Shown in pieces: positions 1 to 12,000 of a stretch of DNA of 64,000 bases. The stretch is from Gracilinanus agilis (lineage: Eukaryota). The translations under genes and the position numbers were made by a program. The number at the start of each line of letters is the position of its first letter. The first letter of the stretch is position 1. The notes under the pieces were generated by a model. That model ran no database searches and had not been told where the DNA came from. It saw nothing but the letters and a program-made list of their open reading frames with translations. Where the stretch lies: positions 610,652,749-610,716,748 of the forward strand of contig NC_058132.1 in NCBI RefSeq assembly GCF_016433145.1, given 5' to 3'.

Positions 1-1247
1 TTCCAGGAATAGTATAGCCAAATTCAGAGTTGATCATTGTACATTAGTGCTATTACTGTTTATAATATTCTCCTGATTTTATTCACTTCAGTTTGCATTA
101 GTTCATGTCTTTCCAGGTTGTTTTTTACTTAAATCATCCTGTTTCTCATTTCTTATGGCATAATAGTATTGCATTGGAATCATATACCATAACTTGTTCA
201 GCCATTACATAAATGATGGACATCTCTTCAATTTACAATTCTTTGCCATAAGAAAAAGAGCTGCTACAAATATCTTTATTCAAGTGGGTACTTTTCCTCC
301 ATCTTTAATCTCTTTGGGATAAAAACCTAGTAGTGTTATTATGGGATCAAAAGGTATACACAACTTTATGCCCTTTGAGCATGTTTCCAAATTGCTCTTC
401 AGAATGGTCGTATCAGGTCATAGCTCCACCAACAGTGTATTAGTATACCTATTTTCTTACATCCCCTCCAACATTTATCATTTTCCTTTTTTGTCATATT
501 ATACAATCTGATAGTGTGAGATGATACTTCAAAGTTGTTTTAATTTGCATTTATCTAATTAATAGTAATTAGGAGCATTTTTATATTACTAAGGTTTTAA
601 TATCTTCATCTGAGAACTATCTATTCATCATACCCTTTGATGATTTGTCAATTGGGGAAGGATTTGCATTCATATAAATTTGACTCAATTATCTATATAT
701 TTGAGAAATAAGACCTTTTTCAGAGACATTTACTACAAATATTTTTTCTCAGCTTGTGGTTTCCCTTCTAATCATGGTTTAATTGGTCTTGTTTGTACAA
801 ACCCCTTTTAGTTTAATGTAGTCAAAGTTATCAATTTTACATATAATGTTCTCTATGTTTTGTTTCTTCCCAAATTCTACCTTTATGTATAGGTCTAATA
901 TGTATACAATTGTGCTCTCTCCTCATTTGTTCATGGTATCACCCTTTATTTTTAAATCATGTGTCCATTTTCACTTTATCTTGGTATATTACATGGAATG
1001 TTGGTGTATGCCTCATTTTTGCTGTATTGTTTTCTAATTTTCTCAGAAGTTTTTCGTCAAATAGTGAGTTCTTCTTCCAAAAGATTGGATCTTCAAGTTT
1101 GTCAAACATTAGATTACTATGGCAATTTACTATTGCATGTTCACTGTCTACTCTATTCCATTGGTCCACTACTCTATTTCTCAGCCAGTAACAGATTGTT
1201 TAGATGGTTGTCAATTTATATATTACAGTTTTAGAAAAGGTACAGCT

Positions 1248-1433
1248 GGGGGCAGCTGGGTAGCTCAATGGATTGAGAGTCAGGCCTAGAGACAGGAGGT
1301 CCTAGGTTCAAAGCTGACCTCAGACACTTCCCAGCTGTGTGACCCTGGGCAAGTCACTTGACCCCCATTGGCCACCCTTACCACTCTTCCACCTAGGAGC
1401 CAATACAAAGAAGTTAAGGGTGAAAAAAAGAAA
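1248..1433 (+). mobile_element. SINE1_Mdo-type tRNA-derived SINE (short-tail variant)
   Basis: GGGGCAGCTGGGTAGCTCA head, B-box GGTTCAAA, core GTGACCCTGGGCAAGTCACTT and A-rich tail. 15-bp TSD agaaaaggtacagct (1233-1247) / agaaaaggtacaact (1434-1448), preceded by TTTT. Confidence 0.95.
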
Positions 1434-2154
1434 AGAAAAGGTACAACTAAGCCATTTTCGTTATTTTTTTTAATTAATTCCCTTGAAATTGTTGGCCTTT
1501 TGTTCTTCCAGTTGAATTTTGCTATTATTTTTTCTAGCTCTATGAAATTATTTTGGGTAGTTTTATTGATATGGCACTGAATAGGTAAGTTAATTTAGAT
1601 ACAATTGTCATTTTTATTATATTGGCTCAGCCTAGCCATGAGCAATTAATATTTTTCCAAACTGTTTATATCTGACTCCATTTGAGTGAAGTGTTTTGTA
1701 GTTGTGTTCATATAGTTCCTGGATTTATCTTGGCAAGTAGACTCCCAGGTCTTGGTGGACTTTATTGTTAGTATAAAGAAATGCTGATAATTTGTGCAGA
1801 TTTATTTTATATCCTGCAACTTTGCTAAAGTTGTTCATTGTTTTGATTAGGTTTTTTTGGTTGATTTTCTAGGATTCGCTAAGTATGCCATCATATCATC
1901 TGCAAAGAGTGATAGCTGTATTTCCTCATTGCCTATTCTAATTCCTTCAATTTCCTCTTCCTCTCTTATTGTTATGCTTAGCATTTCTATTATAATATTG
2001 AATAATAATTGTGGTAATGGGTACCTTTGCTTTTCTAATTTTATTGGGATGATTTCTAACATCTCCATTATAAAAAATGTTTGTAGAAGTTCTTAGATAG
2101 ATGCTATTTATTATTTTAAGGAATGTTCCATTTATTCCAATGTTCTTTAATAGG

Positions 2155-2896
2155 TTTTTAAAATTTTAATTTTATTAATTTTATTTTCTTCCATATTGTT
2201 TATTTCTGTGAGTAATCTTATAAAACCAAACCCCAAAACATAAACCCAAATAAACAATTGAAGAATCATATGCTTTCATCTGTATTCTTAATCCAACAAT
2301 TTGTTCCCCGGAGGCAGATAGTATCCTTTGTCTTAAATCCCTGATGGCAAACCTATGACTCAGGTGTCAGCACTGACATGCATAGTCATTTCAATGACAT
2401 ACAACCATATGCAGCCGCATACAAAGAAGTATGTTATTTAAACTATAAAAATCATGAAATTGTGGGTTTTCTCTTGAAATGACACACCACTCAAGTTATG
2501 CTTGGATTTTTGGCGAATTTTGACACACCAAGCTCAAAAGGTTGCCCATCACTGTCCTAAATCATTCAGAATTTTCCTAAATCTTTGTATTACTGAAGAG
2601 TAGCTAAGTCTATCACAGTTGATCATTCCACAGCACTGCTTTTACTATGTACAATGTTTTCCTAGTTTTGCTTATCTTATTCTGCATCTGTCCATGAAGA
2701 TCTTTCCATCTTTTTTTGTAATCATCTTGTTCATCATTCCTTACAGCACAATTCCTTCACTATTATATACCACAATTTGTTCAGTTATTCCTCAATCAAA
2801 GGAAAACACCTTCAATTTCCAATTCTTTGCAACCACAAAAAGTGCAGCTATAAATATTTTTGTACAAGTAGGTCTTTTCCCCTTTTCTATGGTGGT
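2155..2896 (-). mobile_element. 5'-truncated L1 3' end nested inside the first L1
   Basis: T-rich tail at left, then L1 3' UTR similar to the copy at 60360-60745. Host L1 sequence resumes at about 2897. Candidate TSD tttaatagg at 2146-2154 and 2897-2905. Confidence 0.8.
2339..2554 (+). mobile_element. Non-autonomous hAT MITE (OposCharlie1/Myotis-hAT-like termini)
   Basis: Left end ccctgatggcaaacct; right end aggttgcccatcactg (reverse complement cagtgatgggcaacct). 8-bp TSD tcttaaat (2331-2338) / tcctaaat (2555-2562), 7/8 identical. Family name from memory. Confidence 0.85.
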
Positions 2897-3493
2897 TTTA
2901 ATAGGAATGTATTTTATGTTGAAAGTGTTCTCTGCGTTAATTGAGATAATCATATGATTTCTATCTGTTTTCTTATTGATACAGTCAATTATTCTGATAG
3001 TTTTTCTAATAATGAACCATGCTGTATTCCTAGTAGAAAGCCCATTTCATCATAGTATATGAACATCTGCTTTTTTATCATTTTTGATGAATTTTTTTAC
3101 TGAGGTTCTTAAGATCTCTTTATTTGTGACATATTTCAGTTTACTCATACATACCATATACTTTTTTACTGCTCTCTGAGTGACAGCAATTTTGAATTCT
3201 TTGCATCATGTTATAGAATAAGAGCTCTTCAGAAATTGTAATATTCCACATAACAATATTGGTTGAATTCCTTTATATCAGTTTCTAAAATCTTATTTGT
3301 TAATTGTGGGATGTGTCACTACTAAAATAGAATTGAATTAGCAAACCAAATCATATATTCCAAGGGATACTCATATTCTCCAGAGATCCTGCACCTGCAA
3401 CTTAGATAGACATCACCAGATAGCATTGATTGCTTGAATAATAGAGTAAGTATTGGCCGGTCTTGTTTGGTGAAGGAATGCAGATTCCTTGAC

Positions 3494-3646
3494 CTTTGTT
3501 GGCAAACCTATGCCATGCATACTAGATGGGTCTGTTCCTTTCCTCCTCCCCACCACACCTGAGGAAATTTTTTCATATCACCCACCCTTTTGCCTGGTGT
3601 GTGGGTGCAGTTTGGGTACTCTGACTCTAAAAGGTTCACATCACTG
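3494..3646 (+). mobile_element. Second, internally deleted hAT MITE with related termini
   Basis: Left ctttgttggcaaacctatg, right aaaaggttcacatcactg. Flanking 8-mers tccttgac / ccctaaac match only 5/8. Interior differs from the 2339 element. Confidence 0.6.
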
Positions 3647-4449
3647 CCCTAAACTCTTAAGTATTTAACACAAAACCCAATCAGCTAATGCTGTAAGACA
3701 AGTACTTCATTAAAAGAAACCCTATTAATGACACATTTTTCTACAAGAGAAGCAAATGATAAATACAATAACAAAGTTTTAAAAGGAATAAAACTTCTAG
3801 GCACAAGTTGATGGTCAAGTCTCCATAATAGTTACCAAAACTATGTAGCAAAAACAAAAGTCATAAAAATAGTATCAACTCTCCATTAGAATCTGATGTC
3901 TGGAACTGCTGATCCTTTGGGATATAACTTTAACCTAAAATCACAGTGCTGCTAGATGAATTGCTCATAATTAGCTTTCCTATGTAATTAAAGAAAGAGA
4001 AGGTACCAATATTTCCTTCCTATTCATCTAAATCCCAATAAAGCATGGATAACTTCCTTGTAGATTTTGAATGACTTCACTGTACAGCATAAATAGTAAA
4101 AAATTATTGTTGTTGTCTTCTGACCTTCACTAATTAGAATGCCTAAAGTCAATAAGGTCCCTACAGCCTCATAAACGCTTCCAAGACTACTTTCTCATAT
4201 TGAAAACAACTAATCACATATCCATCATATGTGTCTCCTATCTCTGATATAACTCTTCACTTATAGTTGTAAACAAGAAATTTATAAGAAATAACTGCTC
4301 AGTGACTATAATAAAGATATAGATAATATGCTATCAGATTTTCAGAGGGAAGAAAATTAAGAGGAATAGCTCTCAAAAGGTTCTTGACAGGCTAGATCAC
4401 TAGGCTGAATCTTATACAATAGGCATATATTCAGTAGAAATCAATGTAA

Positions 4450-5415
4450 AGTCTTGCATTTTTAAAAAAAAATGAAATTCATAAATGTAAGATGAAGGAA
4501 ACATGGATAGAGAGCAGTTGTTCTGAAAAAGACCAAGTTCAACATAAATAAGTGGTACAATGTGGCATCCAAGAGAAAAAGGAAAGATAATATTGACATA
4601 CATTAACTGAAGTCTCAATGCTAGGAAAAGGGAGATAACATGACCACTGGACTCTTTGTTTATCAACCCTCATCTGAAGAATTGTGTTCCCTTCCAGTTG
4701 AAAACAGTTTAAGAAAAATATTGTTAGTTGGAGAATGACCAGAAGAGGGTAACTTGAAGGACCTTGAGATCCTGAATGAATAAAAAACAGTAAGTCCATA
4801 TTTTATGAGGACTTGTAGAAGGAGCTAGGAATTAGCTCAGAAAAGACTCAAGGGATAAGATTATCACTTAAAGGAGAGATTTGACAGCTAGGTCGTTCAT
4901 GGTATTTTTCTTTGATTCATGAAGGTCTGAAATCAAATCCTAACTCAGACACCTATTAAGTCACCCTGAGGAAGTCACTTAATTATTTTATGCTTCAATT
5001 TCCTCACCTGCAAAATGCAGATAATAGTAATTATTTTTATTATTATTATTATTTCTTCCTATGATTGTCATGAGAATCAAATGAGATTCCCTTGCAAATT
5101 GTTTTGCAAACTTAAAAGGACTACATAAATCCTAGCCTTGTGGCCATTTGTTGTTATCTCATTTGACCCCAGAAAACAGAAGCATGAAAAATGAATGATA
5201 AATGGATGCAAAGAGGAAAATCTAGGCTTAATTCCAGGAACAACCTCATAACCACAAGTCCAAAAATTGAAATGGCCTGCATTGAGAGATGGTGGATTAC
5301 AAGTCCTTCAGCATCTTTAAACAGAGGGTAGATGACCACTTAATAGATATATTATAGTGGAAATATCTTTCATGGATGGGTTGGATTCTATGGCCACTAT
5401 TCCAAGTCACAAATC
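4450..5415 (+). mobile_element. Ancient L3/CR1 LINE 3' fragment with an inserted MIR (about 4920-5130)
   Basis: CR1-like words (ctgaaaaagacc, gaccagaagagggtaac, gaaaagactcaaggga) and a terminal block ending attctctga. The central piece has the MIR core (gtcacttaa...caatttcctcacctgcaaaatg). Confidence 0.7.
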
Positions 5416-6794
5416 TGATTCTCTGAAACATGGCCCCAAAATAAATTTTGCAAGTTAAGAAAACTATTAATGATTCTATAATGTGCTTTCTTCAAATTAT
5501 TTTGCATCATTTTTCACTTGTATATTAGGTGATACACATGAAAATTAATTTTAGATAGTCCCCCCAAAATTTTATCCTTTTACATTTATACATTCAATGA
5601 TTTCCTGAGCAATGTTAGTTTAACAAAAAAAAGTTTAGAACATGCTCAATTGAAAATGTATTATTAGTAGTCAGAAGCTATTCAACAATATATATTTTAT
5701 CAAAGACTTCTATTGTTAATGATCCCTGAATTGAGAGCACATGGTTTATGGACCATTAGGTTCAGGACAATTCTATTAGGGATAGCCAATTTAAGGATTC
5801 TGCAGATAAAAAGCCTTAAGTATTTGATTCCTTAATTAATAGGCATTTGTTTTATTTAAAAATGTTTCCTTCATTAGGAAAACCTCCTTAGGAAAATAGG
5901 TTTATGTGTTCATATGTATCTATGGCAATATATTAATAATGCATGTAGGAAAAACAAGATGAGGAAATAGCCTTAAATATTGACTAATCAGCTTCCTAGA
6001 CATTTCATTAGATATTTTTGTTACTTTTTAACTCATAAATTGCCTAACTTAAAATAATATTAAATAAGTCCCAAAATGAATAAATCACAATGTTATCTAA
6101 CTCAGAACTTTAAATTCAAATTTCTTGAGGATTTTTTAAATCATTTCATTGTTAAATCATAGTATGTACCTCATATCAATGCTTATTAAAAAAATGACTA
6201 AAACCTCTCCACTCTTCAAGGTGTTTTCTGCAAACCAAACTTAGAATGTTTTGGTAATGATTTCCTTAACTTGTTTTCAGAAGTAGTGAAAAAGCACAAA
6301 GTAAAGAAGTGTCCTCATTTTCAGAAATTAATTACTTATGGAATTATTCTGGGAGAAAAATTTGAGGGTCTCCTTGCACTATATTCAGTTTTTTAAGATT
6401 CTAGAATTTGATTCATCTTATGACAATACATACACATGTTATTAGTCAGAATTGCAGCTTAGGCCAAAGTTTATTTCTATTCTTAGCCCCAAAAAGTTAG
6501 CAATATGGCAAGGAAAGAGAAATGAACAACATCATATATATGTCTAGTTTAATTCCCACTGATCATCACAGAATAGTGTTGATTGAATGAGGAGAGGAAA
6601 AAGAAATTTTAAAGGTTTTTGCAGAAAAAAATTGTATATGGATTTTAAAATGATCATAGAGCTAAAGAAAAACTGAGTTTATTATCATACTCTAATAATG
6701 TATATTTAAATAATCTTATAATAAAATAATACTCTCATATTCAAATAATAAATCCATAGCACATGGTAAAAATAAAATATATATTTTATATAGG

Positions 6795-6990
6795 ATTTCA
6801 AGGTTTACATGTTTCATATATGTTGTCTCATTACAACAAACCTGAAAGGAAAGATTCATTATCTTTTACAGATAAGGAAACTGAGCTGTGGGGAGCTTAA
6901 ATGCATTGCTCAGTGTCACACAGCTAGTAAGAGTCTGAGGAAGAATTTGAATTCAAGTCTTTGTGATTCCAAGTACCAACAGTTTATCCA
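6795..6990 (-). mobile_element. MIR-family SINE
   Basis: Reverse MIR core: ttttacagataaggaaactgag...gtcacacagctagtaag...atttgaattcaagtct. Confidence 0.8.
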
Positions 6991-9900
6991 CTGTGCTACC
7001 TCACTATATAATACAAACATATAAACATACTCATAATACTAGGGGAAAGATACAGCCCCTGAACCCATCCTAAGGAAAGTACCTTTCTAGAGCTGTCTCT
7101 GCCTCCTCTTTTCCCAGGACATTTTAATCAGAGTTTTGACTATTGCCTCAAACTTTCTTTGGAGGTATCTTAGGGGCAGTGTATGCCTAGAAAGACAGAA
7201 AACACCTGTATTTTCTTACCTGTTCTTCTATCTGCCCCAAGTTCCAAAAGCAGGAGCCAATGCTATTGAAAGAAGAATGCCCCTGAGAAAGACCAAATTG
7301 CAACATTCTGACTGAAAGAGCCACAAATTTAAGTTAAGGGACATGGATTCTAGTTAGTCCCTGCCTAATACTAAGTCTCAACCTTTCCTTCTTCAAAAGA
7401 AGAAATAGGGCAAAGAGGCTTCTAGAGTCCTTCCAGCTCCAACATTCTCTGAGTCTAGAAGATAAGAGCTACATTTTACTTCAACTCAACTTCAGTTTCA
7501 ATAAAAGTTGAATTCCTCTATGACCTTGGCCAAGTCACTCTCTATGTAATTTTATTTTCCACCTCTGTAAAAGTTGGGCTAGATGACTCCTAGAGGTACT
7601 TTCCATTTTTGAAATGACATTTTTCAAGTGAGAAGAATGGTGAATGAGTCCTCTTTGTTCACCTCCCAACCCACTTACACAAAAGTTTAGAGTTATGTTC
7701 ACCCTCCCTCCCCCCTTCTTCCCCTTGCAAATGAGGGTGATATCCAGGCTGCTTGCCCCAACAACTGAGTTTATAGTGCTTGCCCACTGGCAGACATCAC
7801 TAGTTAATTATAGCCTCTCTGGAAAAGACCTTACCTAATCTCATCTAGTATAATTTTCTTCATATTACAAGTGAGGAAATTAAGAGCTAAAGAGTAGAAG
7901 TGATTTGTCCAAGATCAGATATCTAGCATATAGCAAATCTTCTGATTCTAAGTCCAATATTCTTTCCATTATGCCCCTGAAAAGTGATATAATTACTGAC
8001 CCTGGACCATTTATACCCCCAACCATTCTAGAAAAAATGTTAAATCTATTTACTGACTAAAATGCTTAGCAATACTTTGTAAACAGTAGGAATTATTAAA
8101 AATTCATTGACTGAAATTAAGAATTAAGAAAGGAGCCCAATATGTCAAAACAATATCTTTTAAATCTATTTAACTAGTTTCTCATTTAATTTTATAGTAC
8201 TATATACGTATGTTTATACTTTTGAAACTTATGTAAGTTATTTTTTTCATCACATGCCTTTGATTTTTGTGGTTTTCTTGTGGTGTTCACCTTCTTAACA
8301 TTGTGATTCCTCTGGTATTCCAGTTGCTGTGCAAATAAAATTTCTAAGAGCATATTTCAATGGTAATTGTGTTTTGTAGGACACTTCTTTCATTTAATAC
8401 TTTGTTTTGTTTAGTACTTTAATAAAGATGTTTTAACCAGCAATGAAATAATTTATTTCCTCTTCCCTCTGCCTAAAATAGGATTTCCTATCTTATAAAA
8501 AGATACATTTACATTACAATAAGCATTCTTATTAGTTCAAGTTTTACATAAATGCTAATAAGACCACATTTAAAATTTCCATTTTGTTGTCTTCCTTTTC
8601 TCTCCTTTTACATTAGCATTTTCTATTAAAGAAAAGTGAAAACAAAAGCAATATAGAGTTGACATAGAAATTTTACATTGTCCAAAAACCATTCTTTTCC
8701 TACTAATTCTATCACTGAGAGATGAAAAGGACCTTAGAAATGATGAGATGGTAGTTAAGCAACTTATCCAAAGTCCCTAAGAGTTGCATGTATGTGAATG
8801 TGGAAACACCAAATACATATATTTAGAAACATCTGCAATTTTATAGTTATAAATATGTTTCTTTCCTGGAAATTATATCAACTCTTGGGTATTTGATTAT
8901 TTTATTAGGAGAAATGTCATCTAGTTTTCTTTTCCCATCAATTTTTCAGTATTTATATCTATACATACCAACTAAATATGTGTTTTAATTTTTAAAAACC
9001 TACTAAATGATTTCCCAAAAATCTCTTTGCCCACATCACTTTCACCAGCCTCAGCTCCAAATTAAAACAATTTTGATCTCGAACCATTATGTGGCATCTA
9101 TTGCTTCGATGTAAACTATGCAAAGAGGGGTATAAAGATATATTTATGATGCTTTTATTTAAACCAGTTAATAACATGGAACGGAGATTCCCTCCATTAT
9201 ATATATAAAGGTGAGCAAAAGTTAAAATAAACCTATCAACATACAAACAATACCTAAAATATTTATCAGCACAGATGTTTAGGAAAACTATGGGTAGTTT
9301 CAGATTATTCATTAAGTTTAATTCTTAATTCTTTTGTCTTCTCTATTTTGTTGAACAAACTTTTAGAAAGTTCCCAAGAAGTCTGTTAAATTAAGCCAGT
9401 AAAATATTTCAGATACTCATTTGATGAATTTTGCTTCATAAAGATATTGGATTTGAGCTAAACCTTTTCTCCTCTTTATGAGTTCTTGATTTGTTTTCCT
9501 TTATTTAAAAGGCTGGAAATAACACTTACCCCTTCCCCAGCTGTTGTTGTGTAAAGAATCCAAGAAATAAGTTACTTGTTTGGCTTTTAGAAAAGTCACA
9601 ACAGCAATTGCCTATACAGCCTGGCTGAAAGTGAAATCCATATGTAATGCTTCTGTCAGCAAAGACTTACTGGAGGAGAGTTTATAATAAATATTCACAT
9701 CTGCTGTTTTGGACACCCTAATCCATCCTAAGAATCTTTGCTGTGTCAGGCTTTGTTCTAGATGAAGAAGCCCACTACTTATAAAGGTTTGTAAATAGGT
9801 CATATTTATCATGGTTAACTATACTTCCACAATGGTCCCTCCTTTACACATATCTATGATCATTTGAGGCAAAGCCTGTGATTAAATGTGTTTAAGTATT

Positions 9901-10889
9901 ATTAAGTGATTTTGCATTGAAATTTTTTTACAAAAAGAACAAATTGCATTTTTCCCATTATATCAACCAAAGCCATTTTCTTTTCAAATTTGGACAAGTA
10001 CGTATCATTGGAATCTATGTCTTGTGATGGTGATGATTCCCAAGTGAACATGAGACTCAAGTAGGAAACCTCTTTATCTTTCTTACTCCTCCAACATCTG
10101 AGATAAAATAAGAATGTTCTATTCATTCTGATCTCAAAACCCATGGTTTAAAAGCAATATTAACTTCTTGGTGACCACACTAACTCAAGTTTCACTGGTT
10201 ATTTGGGATTCCTTGCAGGAAAATGCTCACACCTAAATGCAGATGCTCTAAAAAATTTGAGAATACTATGACCCATATGTAGCTAGCTATCTTACATAAC
10301 TAGTGTTGTGAGTTGTAAGCTTAAATGAGAGGATTAATTGATTTTGTAATGAATTTATTGATTTTTCTTACAAAACTCAGGCTCATGAATATTACCATTA
10401 TTTTTAAATCATAAAATTATTTATAGCTTTTAAATGAAGATTCAAATGTAATGTTTACAATCAATCAACATTAAAGTAGAATGACAATTTTTAGATAAAG
10501 AACAGATAAATTATAACTTCTTCTTTGGTTAAACTTGTCACCCTAAACTCTCTAAAACTTCTCTTTACATACAACACATATTGTGATTTTTAAAGTTGCT
10601 CTGCTCTGTGTTTGTTCAAAAGTGCTATTTTAATAAAATAGTTTTAAATGTGTTGAGAATATAAGAATTCCAGAAATCCTCTGAATGAAGATGGTAGGTA
10701 AAAATCCTTAGGTTTATTAATCACTCAAGTCCAATAGTTTAATTATTGATTTATCCTACTCTGGATTCAGGAGTTCTCATTTCAGATGCCATGGTACCTG
10801 GCAATATAAAAAGAGAATTTGGTGCAACGCCCTAGAAACAGAATGGTAACATTTCTTTACTTGCAAACTATGTCCATTCGAAACTTTGA

Positions 10890-10924
<35 letters not shown>

Positions 10925-10941
10925 GTCTGTCTTTCTCTTTC
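10890..10941 (+). repeat. (CT)n microsatellite forming the polypyrimidine tract of the SPAG16 terminal exon
   Basis: Direct reading: about 52 nt of almost pure C/T ending in tttcag at 10943. Confidence 0.95.
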
Positions 10942-10943
10942 AG

Positions 10944-11119
10944 GTCGAGTTTTAGCTCAAGCAAGCGGCAACGGGGTTATCCATTTGCTAGATCTCAAAT
11001 CAGGTCAGATTCGCAAACTGATGGGCCATGAGAGTGAAGCGCACAGCGTTGTGTTCTCTCACAATGGAGAGATCCTTTTTTCTGGGGGAGCTGACGGAAC
11101 TGTTCGAACGTGGTCCTGA
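10944..11119 (+). CDS. SPAG16: SPAG16 (PF20 orthologue, axonemal central-apparatus WD40 protein) terminal coding exon
   Basis: Acceptor tttcag|GT (phase 1). Translation RVLAQASGNGVIHLLDLKSGQIRKLMGHESEAHSVVFSHNGEILFSGGADGTVRTWS-stop is a WD40 repeat matching the recalled mammalian SPAG16 C-terminus. Syntenic with VWC2L. Confidence 0.95.
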
Positions 11120-11271
11120 AAATCAGCATCTCACACTGCAGAGGGCATTCACTTTTATGCTGAGAATGTCTTTTAAAGCTCCAAGCCGGTAAACGACTAG
11201 TTAAATATGTTGGAAGGTAATATTCGCTTGATAACATGCAACGGATACACTCCGTTGTGTTTACTGTCACC

Positions 11272-11284
11272 AATAAAAATTAAA
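11272..11284 (+). terminator. SPAG16: SPAG16 polyadenylation signal (AATAAA 11272-11277, ATTAAA 11279-11284)
   Basis: First canonical hexamer after the stop (about 150 nt downstream), followed by U-rich sequence. Confidence 0.75.
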
Positions 11285-11679
11285 ACTTTCTGCTTATTTA
11301 TTTGAGATCGGGTTATTTCCTCTCATCCTTGTTCCCTACCGCTCCTCCCCCCACCCCCGTTTTAATAAGAATTTAGAGAAGACGCTGCCTTGCTTTGGGG
11401 TAGGGGAGAAATAGCTTTACAATGACGCCTAATGACAAACTAGATGAATTGCAAGAGATTGGTTTTTAATGTAACTGAACAAGCGCCACAAGAACTCTGC
11501 TACTTTTTACCAAATCCAGGCTGGGGAGAAAGATCTGAAGTTTAATCATGCAGCACTGGGAGTCCTTCTGCAGTCAGAGGTTCAAATACCAACAGTGAGG
11601 TTTCATTTTCAAAGATGCCTTGGCAGTGATCATGCCTCATCTCCTAATAATAATCAGGGACTGCAGATGGCTTAAATCT

Positions 11680-11907
11680 AGATACAAGGCACTTCCGGAA
11701 CTTACGGAGTGGAACACATCTCTGCAGCCGGTCCAAGAATGCATTATGTATAATGACATTGATTTGGGGAGGCTTAAGGGGGATCCAATGCAAATACGTA
11801 ACATTCACATGTAGGAAACCTCTCCCCTTAATCATGCATCTATCTCTGGCATAGGGAAAAGTGCGGCTAGAAAGAGAGAAACGCTCTATTCTAGTTTTTT
11901 GTTTTTT

Positions 11908-11948
<41 letters not shown>

Positions 11949-12000
11949 CTGAAGACTGGCTAAAAAGAGCTACTGGAGATTGGCACTGTGCGGTGCGGCG
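11680..12000 (+). promoter_or_regulatory. VWC2L: Candidate VWC2L promoter
   Basis: Local CpG retention. ETS-like cacttccgg 11690-11698, overlapping CCAAT (11785-11789) and octamer ATGCAAAT (11788-11795), T39 tract, TAAAAAG 11961-11967, ATTGG 11979-11983. The TSS is not directly observable. Confidence 0.6.
11910..11948 (+). repeat. Poly(T)39 homopolymer
   Basis: Direct count. Confidence 0.97.

Larger units (their letters stand above)
1..3065 (-). mobile_element. Decayed L1 LINE (3' UTR plus 3' half of ORF2), interrupted by a SINE1 and a second L1
   Basis: Minus-strand ORF 1847-2068 has the L1 RT motif (EIQLSLFADDMMAYLANP). ORF 957-1169 (DQWNRVDS...NLMFDK...NSLF) matches the L1 ORF2 C-terminal region. 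Many stops and frameshifts; runs off the window start. Confidence 0.93.

Noticed and set aside
1248-1330. tRNA-like A/B boxes as a tRNA gene
   Set aside because: These are SINE heads with SINE bodies, tails and TSDs; no cloverleaf. The same applies to the other SINE copies.
10886-10943. N-terminal MISLSLSLFLSL of ORF 10886-11119 as a signal peptide
   Set aside because: It is the translated (CT)n polypyrimidine tract; coding sequence starts at the 10944 acceptor.
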